Shown one piece after another: positions 19,301 through 25,828 of a DNA stretch of 64,000 nt. Source of the stretch: a virus (taxonomy: Duplodnaviria; Heunggongvirae; Uroviricota; Caudoviricetes); the IMG/VR virus record IMGVR_UViG_3300020202_000067, positions 17,335-81,334 of that record; one strand, given 5' to 3'. The notes under the pieces are model-generated. The model saw nothing but the letters and a program-made list of their open reading frames with translations, searched no databases and was not told the origin of the DNA. Both the position numbers and the translations under genes were made by a program. Position 1 is the first letter of the stretch. Every line of letters starts with the position of its first letter.

Positions 19301-19343
19301 GTTGAAGATGCCGCCCGAAATTCTCGAACAGATGAGGCAGTGA
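10359..19343 (+). CDS. giant (2994 aa) polyvalent internal virion/injected protein with zeta-toxin-like P-loop kinase motif and HExxH metallopeptidase motif
   Basis: Single uninterrupted ORF of 8985 nt with RBS (caaaggaaataattgaATG). Walker A 'LLGPPAAGKTT' followed by 'VVDADD' at aa ~646-670 (nt ~12294), zeta-toxin/AAA_33 kinase-like. 'FQHEAGHLFFFELM' HExxH at aa 1947-1951 (nt 16197-16211). Sits in the position of T7 gp16. Confidence 0.55.
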   Translation: MAPPIKTPFPVADYADQNPTTMDILKQNEEQIELANEGLIPPKSMAEEIAPQLDELRASEVRQASLTPEDIFIPPSNPKEDDIASQYIQMAQARDNDSAIEEFKERMRARASTIAPNGRPMLPNADGSVSTEESITITDPRINGGAPTNIPSIWGGQRPPYNAGTPEAENWAVEKALESKQRFQSYRSIEDAVQAARQRSLELGKAIERGRLEQRSEVKKATDTINAMESLIAGKPIKSVTEAQSMTELFDIIMEHAQKTNWSDAPGAVAKDIGKGFFVEGVPQAVGGVNLAVKNTSRALAGLADWMTTNVGGEIPVPSTGNKKLDQAIQRPLDFITELLPGDEGIKKAETFTGIFIKEGARFLTGFIPLFRAGKAAGAGNITTSIAAGSLTDAITQTPEEPNLSNLIEKVPPLRNPVTEFLATDPNDPEALNRLRQGIEGAGMGVLTEGLLWGIRALANARKAVPELEAQRQLHGEVGDGTVVAATKDEPYTAVGGASAKNPFVLDLTSEVAREETERRLRAILTGQADGPVIKPSTRPLQDDSFGTRIEKEEVLGLIERKARPEEISAHPLIRRAMERQKRDLEAPQIRIEDITPEHRAQRKFDFNGEEVVGYDKAVPRLAANAEAYAGSNGAAANKEAIILLGPPAAGKTTIGDKLARELRYAVVDADDVKATLPEYAGGVGSTRVHPESTLINAMVLEELARSGKNMVIPKLGHGSEPIVALVQKLKELGYTVDVVNVRMDAEENYRRMISRFIHTGRLIEENYFKQIGDLPTQTYERLKREGLVREAANYDNSTAAPKRLEASERLAAAIERSGGGGDAASIGGAGARQAPPQIERLRQAAEPVYNDMLAQLRATGMKEEEALANAAVVAARYAARAERLGTGKTAMDLYKESGLRVERSDAPPSSERFIVNADEPMPFRPTKEQTLEQRRGWFGTGYWIKDGKLHKIEEGALGPHGDHDGWISIADNANKLGVDEKKSAAFQIATYNFADASKNKWVDKFFKKHPEYAQAADEGTPLQDFDFFDSDFKKFFGMEAHEALAWRPEGMFRMRKWPDGQLTIDNIDAIKDTRKFIEQVMAQEPELLNGVKRISVASAKDDSYIDLTVEQFLDGKWKGKGYSFEQRGAAPPFFSVIDRAVGGASFDKGSAGQWLGLLKNTAGVKQEEIKWRGIDKFLEDRKGQMVTKAEIEEWLRISEVKIKEIRKDNEKAGFIDEDEVMAEADRIYRRWSSGENVTADYREVEAGPNIAFEVIDNRGIVIERVYSPESARAIAEDFNRAINEQDFGALVDWSQIAAEQIAKSDAAEVTRHGTHILPGPNSKYREILLTLPDNDRVVPNPAKRVWWVDVPDSPAPAMAFSEEQVAQIRSRYPEGTNLQVREENFTGVDVADSGGTFRVDDHWHEDNVLAHARVTERELGTGQKGYQWVNTGSGNKSQIFPSLEAANGYYWSLPDNLKSQIKLAHVEDRKVKTLFIEEIQSDWHQQGRERGYKEPNAKAEHERLTQAHKDLIPEINRVIEENDRLGFDTVHEARGALWRDGVERWEFSKPEDLEIAKKYVDALNALREFEAKKSDKAVPDAPFKKNWHELMLKRMIKLAADEGYDQIAWTTGKQQNDRWSLSRELKRIEYDEATKQLRATPKNGREELHWRDVDGERLKEIVGAEMARKILETQPSSVRQVAQIENDIVKYVREFTGDDNFTFPAANEPGKWSIITNLERNKPAMKRLVQEWQDASNGRLVGKRILEGEDLELGGQGMKSFYDRMLVNAANDLGKPHKAQVKQGEVVTGQSLETVFRGEAPTAAKLNEVVEDLLDKQSQGILTGFSRSEIKHIAIIADAMEGGKTFDQAMQVHGLGSTYALMQKVGYDVDMRPAVKTEPVHVLEITPELRRTAREDGFRLFQNPRGWEDAPGGPDYFGHPKGIIDIKSNEAVVKLFRTADASTFQHEAGHLFFFELMRDAAMDAAPKQLKDDLDTVFRWLGVQDGTQLTRAHHEQWAKGFERYLAEGSAPSPQLQSAFERFKTWLIEIYRSLTSIGDKEITDEVRGVMDRLLATDPELALAGKAPLVGPAGLTGDILGAVVPRLQEAGFDGLVTKSVGGKTRAMALPAQLAGRDKLGAAMEATETGVPSQVVAQGLVGSAEDAASRAGIARVLRTDDSPVGATGEGAIAPGPDVYVNFGRINEPDDVKQVIRDLADAFKGEINEARRGVQSNEETIRLADRLGMGVDELLQRQKGQPFNAEQALAARRLLNTSAEQLLGFAEKAALPTATLADQYNFRRMLAVHQAIQTEVIAARTETARALQSWAIPAGGNVEMARNIQQLIDGAGGAKVTQELAKRMAILKAQGLPPAAIDTMVKRSWAAVSMDMVKEAFVLGLLWNPKTHVANFASNLVTAAQQVYERSAARAIGDLLGTAVSGSRVVDGEAIAMMYGWVTSLKDAFRLAGRAAVYGETGQAIPGSKMDERIGAISSRHIAESRGYSAVETQQFVSSTAGRAIDFMGTVVRLPGNALAAGDEFFKTIGYRMELHAHSLRQATDEGYTGPDLWKRMMEIVNDPPEHIRIAAADAALYATFQSKMGEIGTAISMARNAGSYNPTFAVLPFVKTPTNILRYTFERTPLAFLVKRWRDDIDAGGARRDLALARMSTGTAIMAVAMDFAANGQITGTGPRERGRKEALMRDGWQPSSALVDGKYYSFNRGDPLAMPFTVMGQVAEIMRSKDLAPEDFDQLQEIMGAAIGIMSTTVVDKTYFQGISQIIMAIESSEKGSQAAANWMNRQVGGFVPFSSAQGVVKQFTDPVQREVNSMWDGIQNRLFWMSENLPPVRDLWGEERKPEEVFGKAYDVLSPAQVTKQKGSPIDQEIIRLGGSIERIKKKGEFMGADVNFYEWPKVYDEYVRLAGNELKHPAWGVGLKDLLNQVVSGKHELSEVYNFMSNGPEGGKMAWLKNQVSAYRRLAQQEIMNSDKFPEFVNYVNTRRQQRQELKMPPEILEQMRQ

Positions 19344-19347
19344 AGAA

Positions 19348-19773
19348 ATGGTCGCATACAATAAATTTCAAGTCTTTGTTGAGAACATCGCCGAGGGCGT
19401 TCACAATCTCGGAGCTGACACTCTCAAGGTGATGCTCTCCAATACAGCGCCGGTTGCCACCAACACAATCAAGGCGAACATCACAGAGATTTCCGCTGGC
19501 AATGGATATACCGCTGGCGGAACACAAGCGACAATTTCATCTTCATCGCACACAACCGGCACCTACAAGCTGGTTCTTGCCGACGTTGTGTTCACAGCAT
19601 CAGGTGGGACTATTGGTCCGCTGCGTTATGCAGTGCTCTACAATGACACGCCAACTTCGCCTGCGGACCCATTGATCTGCTGGCACGACTATGGCAGCTC
19701 TATCACGTTGCAGGATACCGAAACTTTTACCTGGGATGCGGATGCAACCAATGGCATCTTGACCATTGCATGA
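19348..19773 (+). CDS. hypothetical virion protein (tail/adaptor?)
   Basis: 141 aa, beta-rich, Thr/Ser/Ala-rich. Directly follows the giant ORF. Stop overlaps the next start. Confidence 0.3.
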   Translation: MVAYNKFQVFVENIAEGVHNLGADTLKVMLSNTAPVATNTIKANITEISAGNGYTAGGTQATISSSSHTTGTYKLVLADVVFTASGGTIGPLRYAVLYNDTPTSPADPLICWHDYGSSITLQDTETFTWDADATNGILTIA

Positions 19774-20024
19774 GCGATCCAACAAACAAGATCATGCACC
19801 TCAAGACGCCGAACTATCCGCAGTTCCGTTTTGAGTATCACCCATTCAAGAAGAAGGTCTACATCATACGCGTAGGCATCCTTCCAGAGATCGGTGAGGC
19901 ATTCGCGCATGAAATTGAAACCGAAGGCGCAGCGTGGAATGCTGCGCTCATCTGGCTACGTGGCTACAAGGAAGCAAAAAGGGAACTGAGCAATGTCGGC
20001 ATTGAAATCAAGATTGCGAGCTGA
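19770..20024 (+). CDS. hypothetical protein
   Basis: 84 aa ORF, overlap-coupled to both neighbours. Confidence 0.3.
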   Translation: MSDPTNKIMHLKTPNYPQFRFEYHPFKKKVYIIRVGILPEIGEAFAHEIETEGAAWNAALIWLRGYKEAKRELSNVGIEIKIAS

Positions 20025-20247
20025 GTTCGACGAACTTGTCCGTAAGCGCGATGAAATCCGCGCCATTTCTACGCCAATGCGTGAAACTCGTGACAAGTTC
20101 AAGAATGAAATGCAAGCTCGTCTCAGGCAGATGGATGATGAAATCAGGAAAATTGAAGAGCCGCTCTATGAACTAGAAACAGATATCGGCTCTCTCGCTC
20201 GCGCTGTCGGCGGGCGCTACATGAGTGATGGGCGCGGCAATAAATAA
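19993..20247 (+). CDS. hypothetical coiled-coil protein
   Basis: 84 aa, helical and charged ('RLRAEFDELVRKRDEIRA...'). ATGA-coupled at 20247. Confidence 0.3.
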   Translation: MSALKSRLRAEFDELVRKRDEIRAISTPMRETRDKFKNEMQARLRQMDDEIRKIEEPLYELETDIGSLARAVGGRYMSDGRGNK

Positions 20248-20858
20248 TGCCGGCCTTCCAGCCAGTCAGCGGCGCTCCTGTTGCAGATCCGAACCTCTAT
20301 GTAAGAGGCCTGCTGGCTATAGAGACAGGCTTCTTCAATCTCAATGGCCAAGCAGTCACACTCAGAAAAGGCTCCAAGGTCCAGGCAGGAGCTGGATCTT
20401 ATGCGCTGACCGGGAATGAAATTGCTTTCACCATCTCAACTTCTCAAGCGGGCATCAATCAGGTGCTCCTCACTGGATCGACATCAAACAGGGTTTACGG
20501 GTTCACAATGACAACCAATTTCGTCATGACTGCCGGAGACACAAAGACGCTCGTGATCTCTGTCAAAGACGCTTCCGGTAACCCAGTCAATATTACAGAC
20601 GCAAGCATCAAGTGGCAGGCAGGACGGAGCTTTGGTAAGGCGTCATCCATATCAAAAGCCACTGGCGGCTCTGGAATTTCGATTACGGATGCGGCGAATG
20701 GAGTGTTCACAGTCACACTCAATCCAAGCGATACAGAAAGTCTGAAGGGAACTTTTTATCACGAAGCTCAGGTTACTGGATCTGACAGTGCAATCTCTAC
20801 TGTAATATCTGGAACGATGAAGATCAACCCAGCATTGATCGAGTCAACAGCGACCTAA
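20247..20858 (+). CDS. tail fibre/spike-like protein (Ig-like beta domain), paralogous N-terminus to next gene
   Basis: 203 aa. N-terminus 'MPAFQPVSGAPVA' nearly identical to the next gene's 'MPSFTPVSGAPVA'. Contains one 'AGAGSYALTGNEIAF' unit of the repeat found in the next gene and a Big_2-like stretch 'TLVISVKDASGNPVNITDASIKWQ'. Confidence 0.4.
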   Translation: MPAFQPVSGAPVADPNLYVRGLLAIETGFFNLNGQAVTLRKGSKVQAGAGSYALTGNEIAFTISTSQAGINQVLLTGSTSNRVYGFTMTTNFVMTAGDTKTLVISVKDASGNPVNITDASIKWQAGRSFGKASSISKATGGSGISITDAANGVFTVTLNPSDTESLKGTFYHEAQVTGSDSAISTVISGTMKINPALIESTAT

Positions 20859-21550
20859 TGCCTTCATTCACTCCAGTATCAGGAGCGCCAGTCGCAACAG
20901 CCGCATTTGGCGGCACTGTCAATCACTACATCATAACAATCGATGCTGGATCTTACACACTTTCAGGACAAGCTGTTGATTTAGATTTCGGCCGCAAGCT
21001 TACGCTCGGTGCAGGGTCTTACACACTCACCGGTCAAGCGATTATTTTCGACGTCAAGATGCCGGCAGAGGCTGGCAGCTACACACTCACCGGCCAAGAT
21101 GTTGATCTCGATGCTGACAGAAAGATCTATCCGGATGCCGGAGCTTACACACTCACCGGTCAAGCGATTATTTTCGACGTCAAGATGCCGGCAGAGGCTG
21201 GCAGCTACACGCTCACCGGCCAAGATGTTGATCTCGACTTCGGCCATAAGATCACGATTGGAGCTGGCAGCTACACGCTCACCGGCCAAGATGTTGATCT
21301 CGATGCTGACAGAAAGATCTATCCGGACGTTGGCAGCTATGCACTCACCGGCAAGGATGTTGCTTTTGTATTCAGCTTAGACACCGACAATGGCCTTTAC
21401 ATAGTGCTGCACGGGGAGCAAGAGAGCGAGTTGGAGTTGGAAGGTCTGTTGCAAACTTCAATCAATCTTCATGGCAGACTCGAGACAGAAGAAGATCTGG
21501 ACGCGTTGAAAGTTGGCGACAGCAACCTCACCGGTGGTCTGAAGGCTTAA
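20858..21550 (+). CDS. tail fibre-like protein with ~8 tandem ~20-aa repeats (AGSYTLTGQ[AD][IV]D/I...)
   Basis: 230 aa. Repeats 'AGSYTLTGQAIIFDVKMPAE' / 'AGSYTLTGQDVDLDADRKIYPD' alternate. Last gene before the strong terminator. Confidence 0.4.
   Translation: MPSFTPVSGAPVATAAFGGTVNHYIITIDAGSYTLSGQAVDLDFGRKLTLGAGSYTLTGQAIIFDVKMPAEAGSYTLTGQDVDLDADRKIYPDAGAYTLTGQAIIFDVKMPAEAGSYTLTGQDVDLDFGHKITIGAGSYTLTGQDVDLDADRKIYPDVGSYALTGKDVAFVFSLDTDNGLYIVLHGEQESELELEGLLQTSINLHGRLETEEDLDALKVGDSNLTGGLKA
21018..21257 (+). repeat. ~120-bp tandem direct duplication inside tail-fibre-like gene
   Basis: Unit cttacacactcaccggtcaagcgattattttcgacgtcaagatgccggcagaggctggcagctacac(a/g)ctcaccggccaagatgttgatctcga... occurs twice back-to-back, nearly identical. 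Shorter related copies flank it. Boundaries approximate. Confidence 0.6.
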
Positions 21551-21576
21551 CTGGACTCCTCCCAGGAGCAACTTGA

Positions 21577-21604
21577 CCCGCCTGCAAAGGCGGGTTATTT
21601 TTTG
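21577..21604 (+). terminator. rho-independent terminator at the convergence of the late (+) and early (-) operons
   Basis: cccgcc-tgcaaa-ggcggg stem-loop followed by ttatttttttg. The stop codon of the minus-strand gene 21595..21822 lies inside the T-tract. An A-tract precedes the hairpin on the opposite strand. Confidence 0.75.
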
Positions 21605-21822
21605 TCCACAATGCGGAACTCCTTCCCCACCGCGCCCAACGCTGCAGCAAGCGTTGTGTGTTGCGGTCGTTTGGTCTTCTTGGAGCGCCAGTTGCGGATA
21701 GTTGAAGCGCTGAGCCCGCTGATCTGATTGATCTCTCGCGGCTTGTAGCCATTCAACTCTTCAAGCACATTTCCGACGGCAGGGTCCTGATCGCGGAAGA
21801 CGTATGTCTTGTAGCGCTTCAT
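21595..21822 (-). CDS. small HTH DNA-binding protein (AlpA/Xis-like HTH)
   Basis: 75 aa. 'INQISGLSASTIRNWRSKKTKRP' is a helix-turn-helix pattern. Last gene of the leftward operon. Confidence 0.4.
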   Translation of the reverse strand: MKRYKTYVFRDQDPAVGNVLEELNGYKPREINQISGLSASTIRNWRSKKTKRPQHTTLAAALGAVGKEFRIVDKK

Positions 21823-21952
21823 TTCTTCAACGCCTCCCAGAGCAATTCAACATAATAGGCAGCAGCGCTCAATGGTGAGATTTCCATCGCTTCGTAGACC
21901 TCCTCAAGCGTTTTGCACTTCCGCACCTTTTCGATGATCTGTTCTCTCATGT

Positions 21953-22342
21953 TCATTTCAGCACCTTGTAGTGAGCACGCTTGAGGCGCTTGATGCGCTT
22001 CTCTTTGATGAGCTCTGCGAGAACCGGAGTTAAATGTTTTGACTCCTTGCTGATTGCACCAGCCGCGTCTTGGGTCGTGAACTCTGCCACCTGAGTCTCC
22101 TTGATCCAGGCCAGCAGCATGCCCTTGATCGTGCCATCACTTTTCGCAGCCAGAGCCCCATTGCGCTGCGGACGCGCATTGACGACAGGCACGACCTTCA
22201 TATCATACACTTTCATGTTGGATCCCATGAACCACATGAACTTGGCAAGGTCCTTGCCATCGATCACACCATCAAATTTGAACAACATCAAGGTTCCTCC
22301 TTTATTCCCAAAGTTCCCATGCTCCATTGACACGACGCACAT
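21953..22342 (-). CDS. hypothetical protein (probable true start at internal Met 'MLFKFDGVIDG')
   Basis: 129 aa ORF in the track. Co-directional with neighbours. An unlisted 45-aa ORF (approx 21826-21960, MNMREQIIEKVRK...) follows it. Confidence 0.3.
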   Translation of the reverse strand: MCVVSMEHGNFGNKGGTLMLFKFDGVIDGKDLAKFMWFMGSNMKVYDMKVVPVVNARPQRNGALAAKSDGTIKGMLLAWIKETQVAEFTTQDAAGAISKESKHLTPVLAELIKEKRIKRLKRAHYKVLK

Positions 22343-22586
22343 GCTGTAATGGCTCCCAGCGCTCTCCTTTCTTGTCCCATTTCACAATGATGCCTGGATA
22401 GCGACCGTTTGAATGTGGGCTAGGCGCGTGCCTAACAATGTCGCCAGTGTCGATTTCCTTGCGGACGTTAGCCATGCAACCGTCCCAATCGATCTTAGTG
22501 ATTGTGTGTCCTGATTTGATATCGGCAGCTTCAAAGGTGCCTGGACCAAAGCCTGCGACGTTCAGAATGTGATCCATCAGACTCAT
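22302..22586 (-). CDS. hypothetical protein
   Basis: 94 aa, ATGA-coupled to the HAD gene upstream (22583). Confidence 0.3.
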   Translation of the reverse strand: MSLMDHILNVAGFGPGTFEAADIKSGHTITKIDWDGCMANVRKEIDTGDIVRHAPSPHSNGRYPGIIVKWDKKGERWEPLQHVRRVNGAWELWE

Positions 22587-23017
22587 TTTGACTCCCTTTT
22601 ATTCCATGGCTTGAACGCCTTGAGTTCGCCAAGATCAGGCCACGAACCTGTGAAGTTGAGCGCGCGGTCGTCGATGGTAACCATGGCGCTAGGCTTGAGA
22701 CGCACGAAGAGGACGTCCTCGAGACCTGGCCCAAGTGGCGTTTCGTTCCAAAGGTTTCCGGCATGCTTCTTGAGCCAACGACGCATTGCCAAGGGGCCAA
22801 AGATGTGCCGCGCCCGCGAGGAGTGCACAACGACATCCCAGCCACTGTTGATTGCATGGTACATGAACAGCAGCGCGCCCGGCACCGGCGGATCCGGGAT
22901 GTTCGTAGCGCCCTTCCATCCTGACGTGTAGGAATGGATGACGCCATCGAAGTCAAGGCAAAGTATTGGTTTCCGTTGCATCTTCCAACTCCACATTGAT
23001 AGCTTTTTTGAGATCAA
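22583..23017 (-). CDS. HAD-superfamily hydrolase (nucleotidase-like)
   Basis: 144 aa. 'ILCLDFDGVIH' is HAD motif I (DxDG[VT]). Size and architecture like phage 5'(3')-deoxyribonucleotidases. Confidence 0.45.
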   Translation of the reverse strand: MISKKLSMWSWKMQRKPILCLDFDGVIHSYTSGWKGATNIPDPPVPGALLFMYHAINSGWDVVVHSSRARHIFGPLAMRRWLKKHAGNLWNETPLGPGLEDVLFVRLKPSAMVTIDDRALNFTGSWPDLGELKAFKPWNKRESK

Positions 23018-23237
23018 AGTAATGGTTGCAGATCAGATCAACCACTTCATTAATTTCAATTTCTCCTCTACGCAAAGAGAAGAGATCGAAGAATGCTTGA
23101 ACATTCAGCTTGCGCTGATGATCGAGTGCGTTGGACAATACGAGGTGTTCCTCGCCGTCAGATGTCTGATAGATCGTTTTCTCTATCGCTTTAATCTTGA
23201 CATTCATTTCGGTATCCTTTCCAGATTTTCCATCCAT
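22953..23237 (-). CDS. hypothetical acidic protein
   Basis: 94 aa ORF. Overlaps neighbours by short stretches. Confidence 0.3.
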   Translation of the reverse strand: MDGKSGKDTEMNVKIKAIEKTIYQTSDGEEHLVLSNALDHQRKLNVQAFFDLFSLRRGEIEINEVVDLICNHYFDLKKAINVELEDATETNTLP

Positions 23238-23439
23238 GACGCTTCCACTCCTTCATCATTCGCTTCCAGCGCTCTGTCCCAACTTTGCAGTAGCTATAGT
23301 TGAGTGACTGCGCCAGGATCGTCTTGCGTTCATTGGATCCACATCGCTGCAGCGTGACGCTACGTTCGTATGCATAGATCACCTTCCAAGGCGGCCGTCC
23401 GGGGTTCTGAGCGACATTCTCACCCGGTTGATAGCTCAT
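23191..23439 (-). CDS. hypothetical Trp/Lys-rich protein
   Basis: 82 aa. ATGA-coupled (23436-23439) to an unlisted 53-aa ORF (approx 23438-23597) which is itself ATGA-coupled to the helicase stop. Confidence 0.3.
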   Translation of the reverse strand: MSYQPGENVAQNPGRPPWKVIYAYERSVTLQRCGSNERKTILAQSLNYSYCKVGTERWKRMMKEWKRHGWKIWKGYRNECQD

Positions 23440-23593
23440 GTCGTACTCTCCGGCAGGCCAAGGGCCTTGTTGACTTCCTCTCTTGTCAGCAACCGCTCAA
23501 TCGGTAGCTCATCGCACTTGCGCGTTAGCGGCCCGCTCAAGTTTGCTATGACAGCCATGCAGCTTCCGATCCGTTTGACTTTTCTGGGAAAGA

Positions 23594-25063
23594 TCATATG
23601 AGCCACTCGCGCCAAGTGTCGCCGTTAATAATAGCAGCCAGATCGATCTTGTCGCGCAGCGCCTTGATGAACTTCTCTTCAACTGTGCCGGGCGCTATCA
23701 GATCAATGTAGCCGATTGACTTGGTCTTGCCTACGCCTTTCGGACGCTCCTCGCTCTGGGAGCGGTGTTCAAGGTCCGATGTCGAAGAGTAATAGACCAC
23801 GAGATCTGCGCAGTCCCAAGTTCGTCCACGTCCACCTGCAGCTGCCGTAGCAACAATGAAACGGCAGGAAGGATCCGTTTTGAAAGATCTCTCCTCGTCT
23901 TCCCTGGTTGCACGATTGCCGCCCCAGAAGCGCGCCACCTTGCAATCAAACTCTTTGGCGAGCGCTTCCGAGACCTTTTTGATGTCGTGGTCGTACGAAC
24001 ACCAGATGATCGCCTTGCCATCGTAGTCCTCCAGCAACTCAATGAGCGCCTCAGTGCGCTTCTCAGGGATGGTGTGCCACCCACCCTCCTCATCACGCAC
24101 ATGCCCACACAACACCTGGTGCATGCGCAGGATCTGAGAGATGACGATGGTGGCAGTGACATGCTTCTCGCCAGAGAGCTTGGCGGTCGCAAACTGTTTC
24201 AGCTCCTTGTAGATGCGCTTCTGCTCATCCGTCAACGGCACCTCACGGAAGGCGTAGGTTGATGGCGGCAGATCGTAGCAGTCCTCGAGACGCACACGGA
24301 AGGAATGTGGCGCGATGCGGCGCTGCAAATCCTCGGCGTCTCGGTATCCGACGATGATCGGCACCTCGCGGCCACCGAACTTCATCGACTTCATCACGGC
24401 GTAGCGCGCACGGAAAGTGTAGAATGACTTGTGGCCAAGGATCCTTGGATCAAGGAACTCAAATTGGGAGAACAGATCCATCGGTGAACGCGGCGTGATG
24501 AGGCCTGAAAGAATGCGCTTGTACTCCGCCAATGGCGCAACGTTCTTGTTGATGAACTTGGTGCGCTTGGCCTTGTGATTCTTTATTGCTGTGGACTCGT
24601 CCACTGCGACAGCGTTCCGACCCTTGCGCTGGCGAAGTAAATTGAGCAGAAGATCTCGCGCCTGCTCGACTGTACTCAACGCCTCGATGTTCATCAACAA
24701 GATGCGAGGGCCGTTATGAGACATAAAGTCACGGATCTCTTGCTTCGCCCTCGCTGACCCATGGCTTCCGCTTTCCCAGACGAAGACGCGCGTCGCGCTG
24801 AGCACTTCGTCTGGCACATCGTCCTTGATGGCCTGGACCCATGTCTTGTAAACACCGGCCGGGGCGAGGACGACGAGGTCAAGGCACAAGCCTTCCCACA
24901 CCATCTTCGCCCAGTCATCGAGCGTGACTTTGGTCTTGCCGGTGCGCATAGCCATGAGCAGAGCGAACACCTTCTTGCCAGCCATACGCTTCAGAGCTTC
25001 AGATTGCTTCTCGCGCGGCTTGCGCTTGAATGGGTAGCGTTTTGTCATCTTGCATTGTTCCAT
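23594..25063 (-). CDS. SNF2/DEAD-like superfamily-2 helicase
   Basis: 489 aa. Walker A 'AMRTGKT', DExx 'AVAVDESTAIKN', C-terminal helicase motifs 'ATAAAGGRGRTWD'. Typical phage SNF2-family ATPase. Confidence 0.6.
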   Translation of the reverse strand: MEQCKMTKRYPFKRKPREKQSEALKRMAGKKVFALLMAMRTGKTKVTLDDWAKMVWEGLCLDLVVLAPAGVYKTWVQAIKDDVPDEVLSATRVFVWESGSHGSARAKQEIRDFMSHNGPRILLMNIEALSTVEQARDLLLNLLRQRKGRNAVAVDESTAIKNHKAKRTKFINKNVAPLAEYKRILSGLITPRSPMDLFSQFEFLDPRILGHKSFYTFRARYAVMKSMKFGGREVPIIVGYRDAEDLQRRIAPHSFRVRLEDCYDLPPSTYAFREVPLTDEQKRIYKELKQFATAKLSGEKHVTATIVISQILRMHQVLCGHVRDEEGGWHTIPEKRTEALIELLEDYDGKAIIWCSYDHDIKKVSEALAKEFDCKVARFWGGNRATREDEERSFKTDPSCRFIVATAAAGGRGRTWDCADLVVYYSSTSDLEHRSQSEERPKGVGKTKSIGYIDLIAPGTVEEKFIKALRDKIDLAAIINGDTWREWLI

Positions 25064-25245
25064 CTCTTCTGGAGCTCATCACGCACAGCGGTCGTGGCTT
25101 CCCATTCTCTTGCACCGCCCTTCTTCTGACGGATCTCACAAAGATCTTCCGCTCGACAGTAAGGATTGCCATCGGGCGTCAGCTTCATGTTTGAACGCAC
25201 CAGGGTGCCGTATCCACACTTGTGGCACGTGAAACCCCTACTCAT
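25045..25245 (-). CDS. small zinc-ribbon protein
   Basis: 66 aa. 'CHKCGYG ... CRAEDLC' is a C4-type pattern. Confidence 0.3.
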   Translation of the reverse strand: MSRGFTCHKCGYGTLVRSNMKLTPDGNPYCRAEDLCEIRQKKGGAREWEATTAVRDELQKRWNNAR

Positions 25246-25550
25246 GCCGGACTCCGAGATGCTCTGTCAAAAGACGGTAAGTCAACATGCTTTCACTCGG
25301 GCTCAACTTAGCGAACTCATCAGGGTTCTCGCTGGGACCGTGATCAGCACTGGTCTTAAGCTTGTCAAGAACAACATTGACTGTTTCTTGCAGGTGCTTG
25401 ATGTCGCTCATCGCAACCACTCTCCTCCTTTTTCAATCCACTCTGTTACGCCCCAGAACAAGAATACTGTGATCACTCCCAAGAGGAAGTAGTCAATCGC
25501 TCTTGGCCCGGTTGCGGGTGGCTGCCCGCGTATCTGCCATGGTTTCTTCA

Positions 25551-25745
25551 TCATGTGAATATCTTTCCAAGAGTCTCCTTGATTTCTCCCTTGTACTTCG
25601 CCAACCTGCCATTGTCTTCATTGACAAGGTTCAACAAGTTGATCGCGTGGTTGATATAAGGAACTTCATCAGAAGTGAACGCAGCGCCTACGCCATGACG
25701 CAATGCGTCATCCAGCTTGTCCTGGATGGACATGAGCATCTCCAT
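25551..25745 (-). CDS. hypothetical small helical protein
   Basis: 64 aa ORF starting immediately after the GC-rich hairpin at 25763-25815. Confidence 0.3.
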   Translation of the reverse strand: MEMLMSIQDKLDDALRHGVGAAFTSDEVPYINHAINLLNLVNEDNGRLAKYKGEIKETLGKIFT

Positions 25746-25762
25746 ATTTGTTAGAGGGAAGG

Positions 25763-25815
25763 TGACCCCACGCTTCCCAGGGAGGGAAGGGGCGGTTGCG
25801 GGAAGCGCGGGGTCT
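25763..25815 (-). other. long GC-rich imperfect hairpin between two early genes (RNA structure / processing or attenuation site?)
   Basis: gaccccacgcttccc ... 21-nt loop ... gggaagcgcggggtc gives a 15-bp stem with 1 mismatch. No U-tract follows on the minus strand. Confidence 0.35.
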
Positions 25816-25828
25816 AGACGTCGCGCAC

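Noticed and set aside
10359-19343. Possibility that the 2994-aa ORF is an N4-like virion RNA polymerase
   Set aside because: I could not find the single-subunit RNAP catalytic motifs by eye (e.g. an 'HDS[FY]' motif C or motif A/B Asp/Lys patterns). The surrounding genes are T7-type ejection proteins. A Walker-A kinase motif and an HExxH are present instead. Not fully excluded without profile searches.
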